This document shows, piece by piece, positions 22,657-35,283 of a DNA stretch of 64,000 nucleotides (position 1 is its first letter; each line of letters begins with the position of its first letter). The notes under the pieces were generated by a model that had not been told where the DNA came from, ran no database searches, and saw only the letters and a program-made list of their open reading frames with translations. Source of the DNA: Octopus sinensis (taxonomy: Eukaryota); the NCBI RefSeq assembly GCF_006345805.1, contig NC_042997.1, positions 85,994,001 through 86,058,000 on the forward strand, written 5' to 3'. A program made the translations under genes and the position numbers.

Positions 22657-23791
22657 GTTATTATTATTTGTTATCATTATTATTATTATTATTATTATTT
22701 GTTATTATTATTATTATTATTATCAAAGGCAATGGAGTGAACAAATTATAGGATTTTGGACTAAATGACCAGTACACATAATAATGTCCTTCTCCACTCG
22801 GAAGTTCGAATACCACCAAGATCAACTATGCCTTTCATTCCATTCTTATATTAAGGTTGATTCAACCAACTACACCCTTCCCCTAGAATCTCTGGTCCTG
22901 TGCCAATGTAACTAGTTCCTATTATCCTTATTAATAATCAGTTTTGGTGGGGGGCATTTGTGGCCTTCAGCCAATCTAATAAATTATTGTTGAAACAATT
23001 ATTACTAGTAGAATTTTTGTTTAGGCAGCAAGCTGGTAGAATTGTTAACGTGCTGGACAAAATGCTTAGTGGGTTTTTTGACTGTCTTTATGTTCTGAAT
23101 ACAAATTTTGTTGAGGTCAACTTTGCCTCTTATCATTTCAGAGTCCTGGGATCAATGTAATTGACTAGCCCCCTCCCATCAAATTTCAGGCCTTGTGTAT
23201 GTAGTAGAATTATTAGTATTTTTGTTGTTGTTGTTGTTGCCTTGTTTTATAGGAGCTGTTCCAAGTCTCACCCAAAGACCTCAAGTAACAGCAAGTTGAG
23301 TGTTTTACTGTTGATGTTACTTATGGAGACCAAATATTACGATGTTATCGTTGTTGTTATTAAGGTGGCAAACTGGCAGAATATCATTGACACACAAGGG
23401 GCAAAATGCTTAGCAGCTTTTCATCCGTCCTTACATACTCAGTTCAAATTCCACCAAGGTCAACTTTGCCTTTCATCTTCTCAGGGTTGGTATAGTTGAG
23501 CACTGGGGTTGATTTAATCGACTTATCTCCTCCCCAAAACTGCTGGCCTTGTGTCAAAATTTGAAACCATTATTATTATATTTAAGGCAGTGAGTTGGCA
23601 GAATTATTAGCATGCTGGGCAAAATGCTTAGTGGTATTTAATGTGTTCTGAGTTCAAATTCCACCAAAGTTGACTTTGCCTTTTATCCTTTCAGAGTCAA
23701 TAAATTAAGTACCAGTTTAATATTGGGATGGATTTAATCAACTAGCACCCCCTCCCCCAAAATTTCAGGCCTTGTGCCTTTAGTAGAAAGG
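21445..23791. mobile_element. Cluster of ~7 family-A SINEs
   Basis: 21445-21592 (-), 21752-21964, 21990-22201, ~22780-22910, 23023-23210, 23362-23568 and 23584-23791 (all +), separated by (TTA)n tracts. Confidence 0.85.
22587..22723. repeat. (AAT)9 followed by (TAT)n: self-complementary trinucleotide tract
   Basis: Orientation flips at AATT 22611-22614. Confidence 0.9.
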
Positions 23792-24035
23792 ATTATTATT
23801 ATTATTATTGATCTATTTCAGTTACTATTTTTTCTCATTTGTTTATTTTATATTTCCTTTGTAAACAATAGCATCACTGGTTACAGGTTTCCAACTAGCC
23901 AGTCACTGGTACTTATGATGGCAAGAGTGAGAAAGGTTTGTCTAGGCAACTTGGACAAAATGAATATCACAAGGTATTTTTGTTCACAAGCACAGTTTAT
24001 TGGTTTTTTATCATCTGTGTTTATATATCTTTCAC

Positions 24036-24630
24036 ACAGGTGTGGCTGTGTCAGTAAGAAGTTAGCTTCCAAACTACATGCTTTGGGGTTCAGTCCACCA
24101 TGTGGTACCTTGGGAAAGTGTCTTCTACTATAGCCTCTGGCCAACCTAGTCCTTCTGAGTGGATTTGGTAGATAGAAACTGAAAGAAGCCCATTGTATAT
24201 ATATGTGTGTGTGTCTGTGTTTGTCCCCTACCATCACTTGACAACCGGTGTTGGTGTGTCTATGATCCAGTACCTTAGCAGTATGGCAAAAGAGACTGAT
24301 AGAATAAGTACCAAGCTTAACCATTTATTCTATCAAAAGTAATACTTTATTTATTCACACTGTTTTGAATTAATCATGCAATATCTCATAGCATTGAGAT
24401 TTCGATTATGTGATTGTTTATTTGTAGAATGACATTGTAGAGTAGGTGTGAGAGATCAGATCTGTCCTATTTGAACATAAAACACAATATTTTGGCCAGA
24501 TATGGCCAGTTTAAATGCTAAAGGGTTAAAAAAAAAAGCACTGGAATCCATTCATTCAACTAATATTCTTCAAGGTGATGCTCCAGCATGGCCACAGTCT
24601 GATGACTAAAACAAAATATAAAAGGTATAA
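24036..24630 (+). mobile_element. Family-B SINE interrupted at TTAA by an M1 MITE
   Basis: SINE body 24036-24320; tail resumes after 24529 (..GCACTGGAATCC..GCTCCAGCATGGCCACAGTC). Confidence 0.8.
24321..24525 (+). mobile_element. piggyBac-like MITE family M1
   Basis: TTAA at 24317-24320 and 24526-24529; right end AAATGCTAAAGGG; left end partly deleted. Confidence 0.75.
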
Positions 24631-24674
24631 GCAATAGATATGCACATTCACATATTGAGAGTTAGGCAGACAAA

Positions 24675-24800
<126 letters not shown>

Positions 24801-24837
24801 CACACCCACACACACACATAACTATATAACTAGCACT

Positions 24838-25155
24838 CTGTCAGTTACAATGATGTGGGTTCCAGTTGATCCAGTCAAAAGAACAGCTGCCCTTGAAATT
24901 AACATGGAAGTGGCTGAGCATTCCACAGATATGCATACCCTCACCATTGTTCTCAAGGAGATTCACTGTCACACAGAGTGTGACATAGCTGGACCTTTGA
25001 AATAGAAAAACAACTCCTTTTTACTTAGTTGAATGGACTGGAGCATCATGAAATAAAGGGTCTTGCTGAAAGACACAGTATACTGCCAGGAATCAAACTC
25101 AGGACCATACGATCATGAAGTAAATACTCTAACCACTAAGCCACATGCCTTCACC
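24838..25155 (-). mobile_element. SINE family G
   Basis: Homologous to 33572-33870 and 42072-42380. Confidence 0.8.

Positions 25156-25157
<2 letters not shown>

Positions 25158-25215
<58 letters not shown>
25158..25215. repeat. Pure (TG)n, ~29 units
   Basis: Directly visible. Confidence 0.95.
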
Positions 25216-25217
<2 letters not shown>

Positions 25218-25657
25218 CAAGCTAGTGTGCTATTTCTTGGACAAATTCCACTCGCAAGAAATTGATTGTCTTGAAGGTATGATATAAGAGATTCGCCAAA
25301 AGTGACCCAATGGGATTGAACTTGGAACTGTATGAGTTGCAAAGCAAACTTTTTCACCTTAGCCACTCAGCCATGCTTATTAAAACCTATCAGTGATGAT
25401 AAAGATGGGGGAATGGGAGGAGGTATAGAGGAACATGAGAGTGATTCAGCTTTTTGCCTAAGTAAAAAACAAAGATATTATTCTATTATAGGCAGAATGA
25501 TCAGAAAGCCAGAAAATATACTTTGTGGTATTTGCTCTGGCTCTTTACAATCTGATTTGAAATCGCACCAAAGTCAACTTTACCTTTCACACCTTTGGGT
25601 GCTATATAATAAAGTATCAATCAAATAGTAAGTTTTTATAATATTGACTAATCTCTT

Positions 25658-25875
25658 AAGGCAGTGATCTGGCAGAATTGTTAGCACACCAGGCAAAATG
25701 TTTAGTGGCATTTCATCCACCTTCATGTACTGAGTTCAAATTCTACTGAGGTTGACTTTGCCTTTCATCCTTTCAGAGTCAGTGAAATAAATACCAGTTG
25801 AGTACTGGAGTTTCTGTAATTGACTTACCCCTCTCCCCAAATTACTGGCCTTGTGCCAAAATTTGAAACCAATAT
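25658..25875 (+). mobile_element. SINE family A
   Basis: Full-length match. Confidence 0.85.
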
Positions 25876-26380
25876 TATTTCATCCCCTCTCCTCAAATAA
25901 GTGACCTTGTGCCTAAGTCAGAAATTATTATAGTGAAGGTATCAGAGTTGGAAAATTTGAATTAAATTCCTTCCATCTGTATGTACTGACTCAATTAAAT
26001 TAGTGAAAGTAACTTTGCTTTAAATATTTTCAGCTTCAGTAGCAATAATGCATACCAGTAATATTCTGATGTCAAATCAATACTTTTCCTATTCCCCCAC
26101 ATAAATTGACCCTGTGGCATTTTGTTTATTTATTTATTTATTTATTACTGCAGTCCTCTCATAGAAATTCTTATTCATATATAGTCTTTATTGGAATTCA
26201 CAAACGTTGGTACAGATGGGATGGAAATAAATTGTAATTGTTTGCAGAACTTATTACTTGAATTAATCTTAGAATATATTATAGAAACATGGCAAAAACA
26301 CCTGAATGGATGCCATTATTTTCATCACTTTTATGACTTTTTTTTACTTCATTTATTATCTCACCCTCTTTTTCTCCCTT

Positions 26381-26384
<4 letters not shown>

Positions 26385-26444
<60 letters not shown>

Positions 26445-26595
26445 CTTTTCTTTCTCGATTCCTCTTGCCCTCCCTTTTGCTTTTGGTATTAAACTGATAC
26501 TAAGTAATATCATTTCTACAGTTGAGTTCATTTTATATGTGTGTGTGTGGGTGCACACACACACACACAAAGAGAGGGAGAGAAAGGAAGATGTC

Positions 26596-26646
<51 letters not shown>

Positions 26647-26660
26647 GTGTGTGTGTGTAG
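26385..26660. repeat. (TC)n at 26385-26440 and (TA)n at 26599-26643
   Basis: Directly visible. Confidence 0.9.
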
Positions 26661-27361
26661 TAATATATATAGTAATATCTATTCATAAAATCCAATAGAC
26701 ATTTACATTAGCTATTAAATTGTCTTAACGATTTTGCTAACTATAGAAATAATAATTTGTTTTTAGAACAAATATCTAAATGTGAAACCAGAAAAAATGT
26801 AAAGAAGAAAAAAAAATCCTTTATGTTCCTTGTACATAGGTAGGTTAGATTAGTAGCACAGATTTAGATATCTATATTTTCTAGAATATATTATTGCTTC
26901 TGCGGTGTAGGTGGTATAATGCACATACAAATATTCTTGTCCATATCCATAAAAAGCAATATGACTGATTGGTAGGCAAGCCTGCTTTAATTCAAGAAAT
27001 ACATACAAGAGCTGTGAGTTGTTGTTTAGACCTATGTATGCTCTGATCAAGTAGACTTATGATCAATTAAATTCCAGCCATGGCCATTTTATTTATTTGT
27101 TAGGTTTTAGTCAAGACAGAAAGTAGTGGCTATAACTGTTTATGGGACCTTGAAGACTGGTGGGAGGAAGGAAGATATCCTGAAATCAGAGGCCTAGCCT
27201 GAATGTCTGCAACAAAGTGGACTGTGCTAATGACACCTAAAGTACCAGGTTAGGGTGTTAAACTGGGTGATTCAAGCAATATATTCTGTGAACAGTGATG
27301 TCATTCATTACAAGTTTCCAGCCAGCTAATCTGGTATCAGGTTCCATATGCCAGAATAAAA

Positions 27362-27578
27362 ATGGTTTCAAATTTTGGCACAAGACCAGCAATTTCATGG
27401 GTGGGAGTGAGTTAATTACATCGGCTCCAAGGCTCAACCAGTACTTATTTTATCAATCCTGAAAGGATGATTGGTATGTCAATCTCAGCAGAATCTGAAC
27501 TTAGAATGTAAAGACAGATGAAATGCAATTAAGCGTTTTGTCCAGAGTGCTAACAATCTTGCCAGCTTGCTGCCTTAA
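27362..27578 (-). mobile_element. SINE family A
   Basis: Reverse-complement match. Confidence 0.8.
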
Positions 27579-28242
27579 TTACCAGATTCATAATGACAGT
27601 TATTTTACTAAATCTTTCATTTCTTTTCAAAATTAATTGAAACAAAGTCAATATATTTCAGCCAAAATAAGGCAATGAAAGGGTCAAAGTAGTTCTGAGA
27701 TATAAAAGATAGTGTTTTCATAACTTTTTTTTGATAATATGCATTAATGGTTTCCCATTGCGTTCTGCTGGTTTATTTACAATTTACTCTGCTAGTCTCC
27801 TGTTCTACCAAGTTTACCCTTGAGGCACCAGACTTATTCAGCCCCTAGGTAGCAGGACTGGTTCATATAACATTAGAGCATGTCCACACATCAGTACTCA
27901 TGTAATGACATATCCAAAAGCCAGTACTTCTCCCAGACCTGTATGCCATGGCAATAGGACCATCTTTTGCCGTTCAATCCATAACTACCATCCCAGGCCA
28001 GAACAGACTTAAGAGAAATTTTTGCACACTCACCCAAAACTTCTGAATTTCTGGTCTGGCCTGGTGTTTCACCATCAGATGCAGTTTAATGTCTGGTCCA
28101 AAATACAATTTAAATATAACTTATTTAAAAATTTTACTTATCACTAAACAAACATAACCAACACGAACAGATTAATTATTATAACTAAAGCAAAAGGAAA
28201 ATACATGTGTTCAGCATTTTATAATGTAATATATGTATATGA

Positions 28243-28450
28243 AAGGTGGCAAGCTGACAGAATCATTAGGAACCCAAGCAAAATGTTTTGTGGCATTTTG
28301 ACCATCCTTATGTTCTGAGATTAAATTCTGCTGAGGTCATCTTCGCCTTTCATCCTTTTGGGGTTGATAAGTATCAGTCGAGAACTAGTGTTGATTTAAT
28401 CAACTCAGTCCCTACTCCAAAACTGCTGGCCTTGTGCCAAAATTCGAAAC
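28243..28450 (+). mobile_element. SINE family A
   Basis: Full-length match. Confidence 0.8.
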
Positions 28451-30713
28451 TAATATAATATATACATATAATGAGCTTATTGTTATAATTCATTATTTAC
28501 ATTGTAGTAAATCTGACACTTGGAAGAAACCCCTTTGCGGTGCCCTTTTTCTCATAGTATCTTTAGGATATGTTTATATTGTTTAGTTATTAATCCAAGC
28601 CTGCATTTGGTTTTTATAAAAAAGATGTAAAGGTCAAATGATTGACTCTGTTTATCATTATAATGTGCATCTCATAAATAAATATTTATGTTACATTTGA
28701 AATAAAGTTCTTTTCCTCCTTTTCTTTTTCTTTTCTTTTTTTTTTCAATTTCATACCTTGAGTTATGTAAATGGTTCAAGAATTACTATTCTCTGTTTGC
28801 TCTGTCTTCGTGACATTTTGCATGTTATTCAACGAAATAATGTTGATAGCAACCGTGCCTACTTAAAGAATATTCAGAGGAAATATGTGAAGATGTAAAA
28901 CTGCTTATCTCTCTTAATACTTTCACATTCTCACGTATCTGTGCAATAAACTGGCTTCTGATGAATATACTTGTTATAAATAGCTTTACTCATTGAGACT
29001 GTAGAAGGGGGTTTCCTTGTTGTTGGTATTTTTATTTGCATAGGTGTTATGTGATGTGTGTGTGTGTTTAACTTCTTTCTGTGTCTCTTATGTATTATTT
29101 ATTAACCATCTCATAAATTTCCATATATTCTTAAATGCAAACTTAGACACACACACACACATACACACACACGCACACACTCACACACTCACACACATGC
29201 ATATATGTAAACATACTATGGGTGTATGTATATGTTTATGCATGCATGGATGTATGTACCTACTCACATGTATTAATGCTAGATATCCTATAAGCTTGCC
29301 AGGTTTTCAAATATATGACTTATTTTAATGTTAACTTATGGGACATTGTTTGTGTGTGTGTGTATGCAAGTGTATGTCCTGTATGTATGTATTTACACAC
29401 ACACATACACACACACACACACACATGTATATATATATATATATACACACACACTGAGACACACAGAAAACTTAGATTTTTATGTCAGCATTGTGCTGAA
29501 GATCAAACATGTATGATGTTGCAAACTCTCTACACTCAATTCTCATTTCTTTCATATTCACTTTCTTCACACTTTCTCTCTCTCTACCTCTCTTTCCACT
29601 TGTCTTTACTAAATCAATTGTTCATCTTTGTACATACTTATATGTAAAAATACACATGACTTGTACATCGGTAGACACATGTCAAGTGCTTCTACATACC
29701 ACTTGCAATATCAATGACTCTGTAAGTGGCACCTCTAGAGTTAAAACTACCACATAAACTTCATTTCTATTTTTTCTGCCTCTGTCTCTGCATATTATAC
29801 TGCACTCATAAAGCTCCCACCAAACATTCCTTCTCTGTTCTGCATCCATCCCCATAGCAAATACATATTTACCATTACCATTAAATAATGGGCTCTAAGT
29901 CACATACTATCCTTGCTAAATTCTTAAATCTCTCTCTCTCTCTCTCTCTCTTTCTGCAGAGTTCTCTCCCAATCTCTGTAAGCATACCAGAACAATGTGC
30001 TTCATTTCCAAAGGAAGCAACTTCTCTTTCTCTCTTATCAACTAATTGCCTTCACTTCTAACATCTCAAAGGTTAGAGAAACAACCACATCCTTTATCAT
30101 CATGGGCATGTCTCTTTTTAACCTCTTACTGATCACTAGTATGGTTTCTATAGAACCAGCTCTGCTTGTGGCTTGCTCTCATAGCTTCTTATCCTTGATG
30201 ATATTTGTGAAACCAATGTTTTTACTCTTTATATATGCAGGCCTTTGACCACATCTAGCATAGGTAGCTCATGCCTATGCTATGCTACCCTACTTGTGGG
30301 TTAGATTTTAGTTCTCTTGAATTAGAGATTTCCTGTCAAACCACCGTATTCTATCAAGTGATAATGGGACTGCCTTCAACCAGCATTCTGTAAATTCTAG
30401 TGAATTCCAAGGATTTGTTATGTATCTCTCACAAATCTCACTGTACATTAATGACCTACCAGCTTTCATAGCTTACTTTACACACACAGACTCCTAAGCA
30501 AGTGAGAGAACAGAATTCTTCATTCAACTTTAACTCTGCACACATCATTTACAACACTAAGACATACCACACCCAAACATACAGTGCTTCCATGAACAGA
30601 GACCTTGAAAATATTCTCTCTACTGGAGACGTGATAACCTACTTTCCATCAACTTTATCAGTACACAATCAACTCACTGCTACAACTAACTCTCAGATGT
30701 ACTCTGATTCCTT

Positions 30714-30845
30714 TTCTATGTGGCTGTGTAGTAAGAAGCTTGCTTCCCAATCACATGGTTCTGGTTCAGTCTTCTACTATAGCCTTGGGCTGACCAAAAC
30801 CTTATGAATGGATTTGGTAGACAGAAATTGAAAGAAGCCCATTTA
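30714..30845 (+). mobile_element. SINE family B (internally shortened)
   Basis: TGTGGCTGTGTAGTAAGAAGCTTGCTTCCC...GAAAGAAGCCC. Confidence 0.75.
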
Positions 30846-31902
30846 TATATATATATGGTAAGAAGTGGGACTACACTGTGTTGGCAAAGACTTGCTCAAT
30901 CCATACAAACAACCATAGAAAACAAACAGAAGACGATAACAATGGTGATGATACTTCTTTGATATCTAACTACATGCAGATACAAATATATGATAGATTT
31001 TTGGCCTACAATTATTATGCTTGTAGTTACATGCATAGTCTGAAAATTATCTACAGATAGACACACACACATAAACACATTGTATAAATGTCATATTTTG
31101 CTATCAAAGAATCCAAGAGGAAAACCCCACTTAAATATTATTATAACAGTAATAGAATCTTGTAGTAGCAAATATAGTGAACTGCCAAAAAATGCAGCTT
31201 GTTTACTGTAAACAACTGTACAACTGTTTTGTTGATAAGTTTAGCTCACATAGAAACATTCTTGCTATCTTTTCAACTTTCATTCGTACAGTTCCTTTTT
31301 ATATCATATCTGTTTGTGTATGGGAAGTGGTAGAGGCAATGTGTATGTAAGGAGGTGTAGAGGCATATATTTTTTGTATCTTATTCTTTTGTTGTTTTGT
31401 TTTTGTTTTTTTTTTTTAAATTTTTATTTTATTATCTACTTCTCATGTTAATATTGTCAGTATTCAATGAAAACGTCTTAGAGATAAGCAGCATTGAGAT
31501 AAAATATAGTAAAAGGAATATACATACATCAGTGTATGCATATACATACGTGTATATGTCTATGTATGTGCATGTATATACATATATGTATCTATACACA
31601 CACACACACATACATATTTGTGTGTGTATGTGTATCTTTAAAAGATACAATGCAAACACAGGGGAGAACACAGAGTCCACAATACTGAAAACACAGAGTA
31701 CACAATACTGAGCTGTTTAGTGTATTTATCAGAAACTTCTGGAAGCTTCAAATGTCATTACTCCAGGTTTCTCATTTCTAATATTCAATCAGCTGTGGAA
31801 GCCCTCAGGTAACTGTGGTTGTGGTATCAATAACTGTCCACAGATCAAAATTGAGATACTCAGAGTAACAATTTGTGAAGTTTTCCATTTCCAGTGGCTA
31901 TA

Positions 31903-32290
31903 GGCATAGGCATAGCTGTGTGGTTAAGAGGTTTGCTTCCCAACTACATGGTTCTAGGTTCATTCCTATTGTCTTCTACTAAGGTTCTTTACTGACCAGT
32001 TTTGTGAATGGATTTCATAGATGGAAACTGAAAAAAGCTGATCAACAATACCTGTGTGTGTGAGTTAGCATCTCCTTATCTTGACATCGCATGCTAGTTG
32101 TAAATGAGTGTCACTGTCCTACAAACAGTATTATTTGTTTCAAATCTTTGATGCAAATATATTTAGCCATCAAGAAATATTAGCTTAATTGGAAACAGGT
32201 GAGGTTGACGATGGAAAGGACATCCAGTTGTAGAAAATCTGCCTCAATAAATTCTATCTGATACATGGGCGTAAAAATGATGATGATGAT
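31903..32290 (+). mobile_element. SINE family B head with C-tail (RTE-like 3' end)
   Basis: Ends GGAAAGGACATCCAGTTGTAGAAAATC...AAAATGATGATGATGAT. Confidence 0.8.
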
Positions 32291-33571
32291 ATATATCTGT
32301 ACAGTTACCATCATTGTTTTAATGTTCAGTTTTCTATGCTTGCACGGACAGAATTCATTGGGGTAAATTTTCTACAGCCTGATACCTATCTTCATCTCAT
32401 TCCAGTCCTCGCCTGTTTCCAAATAAGCTTCTATTTCCCTGTAGCCAAACACATTTCCATGGAAGGTTGGAAACAAAAGACACTTTTTAAAGTGAGGGTG
32501 ACACTTATATACAACTATTGCTCTAGTACACAAACACCTGATAGACGAAATTGGTTTCAGAAAATAAGCAACATTACTAAATACTGCGAGATATTTTCTC
32601 CAACTCTCGTTTTTTCCCATCCACTGCCTTTAGTGAGTTTGTAGATATTAAAAAAATATTTTCATCTCTCAGTATGAGTTTGATAGTCAGACAAATTACA
32701 ATCTTATTGACTACAGCTCATTTCAGATATTTAGATATTCGCTACATATATTGAACTTCCAGTATTCACTTGTATTCTATTTTTGTAAATTTATATGTAA
32801 TGTTTTGTTTAGAATCATGTAAAGTAAGAACATTTTTTTTTCTATTCAGGCAGTTCAGATGGTGTTGCTGGGCTATTCAATTTACTTTTGGCTTGCCATT
32901 TACCATATTATTTATATTTTACATGTTTTTTTTTTTTTTTTTTTTGTTTTCTGTTTATTTTGTCTGTGTTGGCTTTGTTATAGAGACGAAATAGCCAAAT
33001 AGATGAAGCATTGTATTATTTCATCTGATTTGTGCTAAATATCTACTGTATGTAAGTTTGTGACACATAAAGAAACATATACATATCTATTCATTAAGTG
33101 TGTCTGTCTGTCTCAATATTTCTCATTATATATGTATGTATCACATGTCTGTATGTATGCATGCATGCGTGTACATCAGTCTCTCTCACTTTTTATACAC
33201 ATGCCTTAGTCCTTTAACCCCTTGATGAAGTCAGAGGGGCATGGTATAGCTTATAGTATGTACTGGAGATTTTTAAGACCTGGATAACCCATCTCCCTCC
33301 AGAACTCACTGCAGTCAATTTTTTCCAGTAGGAGTGATTAGGACTAACAGAAGGAAAGAATGGGTGAGAGAGAGAAGACTTGGTCCCTGTGCAGGACTGG
33401 TGCTTTCTATATTAACCTCAAAATGAAGAACAACTCAGCTGACCTGGCAAGATTTGAATTCAGGATGCAGAGAGCTAGAATGATAACCACAAAGCAACCT
33501 ATTTAATGCCAACTGACTGCAACATGTGTGTGTGTATACATATACACACAAACACATACGTGTGTATGCAT

Positions 33572-33870
33572 ATATGTATGTTTGTATACATTAAGGTGGC
33601 ACTCAATCAGTTTTGATAAGTGTTCCACATGATCAACAGAAAAGCCTGTTCCACAGACTTGTCTACCTTTAATGTGGTTCTCAGGGAGATTCAGCATGAA
33701 ACAGAATATGACAAAATTGGCCCAATGAATTACAGGTACAACTCATTTTTACCAGCTGAGTGGACTGGAGCATTATGGACACAGGGACACAATGTGCCAC
33801 CTGGAATTGAACTCATGACCTTATGATCTTGAGCTGAATACCTAAACACTAAACCACACACCTTCACCAT
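33572..33870 (-). mobile_element. SINE family G
   Basis: Homologous to 24838-25155. Confidence 0.8.
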
Positions 33871-34443
33871 GTGTGTGTGTGTGTGTATGGATTATTGTGC
33901 CATTGATTAATGTCTAGATTAAAACCATTCATAATTTTAAAGAACTTTTATTATGGTTATGTTCCAAACACCAACTTAATAAAGGTAGAGTTAGGTTTGT
34001 TAATAAATTCCACAAAATCTTTTATTTTCAAAATGAATTGAATGCACATTGAAAGTGTATTTCAATAAGAATAAAATATGATCACAATATGGTTGATAGG
34101 GCCGCTTACTCTTTGGAACTTACCTCTGGCCAGCCACTTAACAACATTTATTGCTTTAAGAACTTAAATAAAGGTTACTGGTTCAATTTAAAGAAATAGA
34201 AGAGGGTAAAAGTGGATGAATATGGGTGAATGATCTTTTGGCAGCATACATATTGTGAAGTAACTCAAAACCTATGTTTGATGCCAAAGGCTGGCACCCA
34301 CTACAAAGCTTACAATCAGTTTAAGGTTTGCATTCCTGCTTACAGAGATCCCAAATAAATTTGTTAATTACTTTATTAATATATTTTGGCTGTGTTTCCT
34401 GGCAAATAATATGGCTTCATTCAATTTACTCAATAATGTGGAG

Positions 34444-34552
<109 letters not shown>

Positions 34553-35283
34553 CCTGCCTGCCTCTTTATCTATCTGTCTATCCATGTGTGTGTGTGTGTA
34601 TGCTCATATACATGTGTATATATTTGTACGTGTTTGTGAATGAAAGAGAGAAGAGTAAGTAGCTGTAACTGTTTTTATGAAAGTGTATTTATATACATTT
34701 TCAAGATATGTATTGTGATTGTGGCTTATATTTGAATCTATTTATACATGTATATGTATTAATGTCTGTGCTATGCATATGCACACAAGCAAATAGACAC
34801 GAAGGAACTCACACAGAGTACATGCATGCATGCTTGCTGTATACATGCACACATATACACACACTCATACACACATACACACATGTGCACATAAAGATTG
34901 GCAGTTTTTCAAAATTATTTCAGTGCTGGGGAAGTGTTTTATTGAGAATGATTGTAATCTTAACCTTGCAAAATTGACTTCCACTTAACGTGAACTCTTT
35001 TCATCATGTTCTGTGAGACCTGCTCAACAATTTGAAATTGAGATCATCACACCTGTCCAATGTGGTTAACTATCTTCCATCATTTCAGTAAAGGAGTGTA
35101 AATATTTGAGTTTCTAATATGTGTGACTGACATATAGAGCTCACAGGGTCATATTGTTATTTCTGTTTTTACTGTTGATGGAGGTGTTTTTGAGATTGTC
35201 ACTTTATTTTAAGATCAGTTTAAGTACTTGATGGTGTCTCTCATAAATATTAAACTACTTACTATTTCTAATTATTATAACTT

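Noticed and set aside
21445-23791. Regularly recurring repeats resembling a CRISPR-like array
   Set aside because: Units are ~210-bp tRNA-derived SINEs with irregular spacing in eukaryotic DNA; there is no cas gene.
29960-30700. Possible decayed LINE ORF2 on the minus strand
   Set aside because: Only a vague IKDK.SYE resemblance; no diagnostic motif could be recovered.
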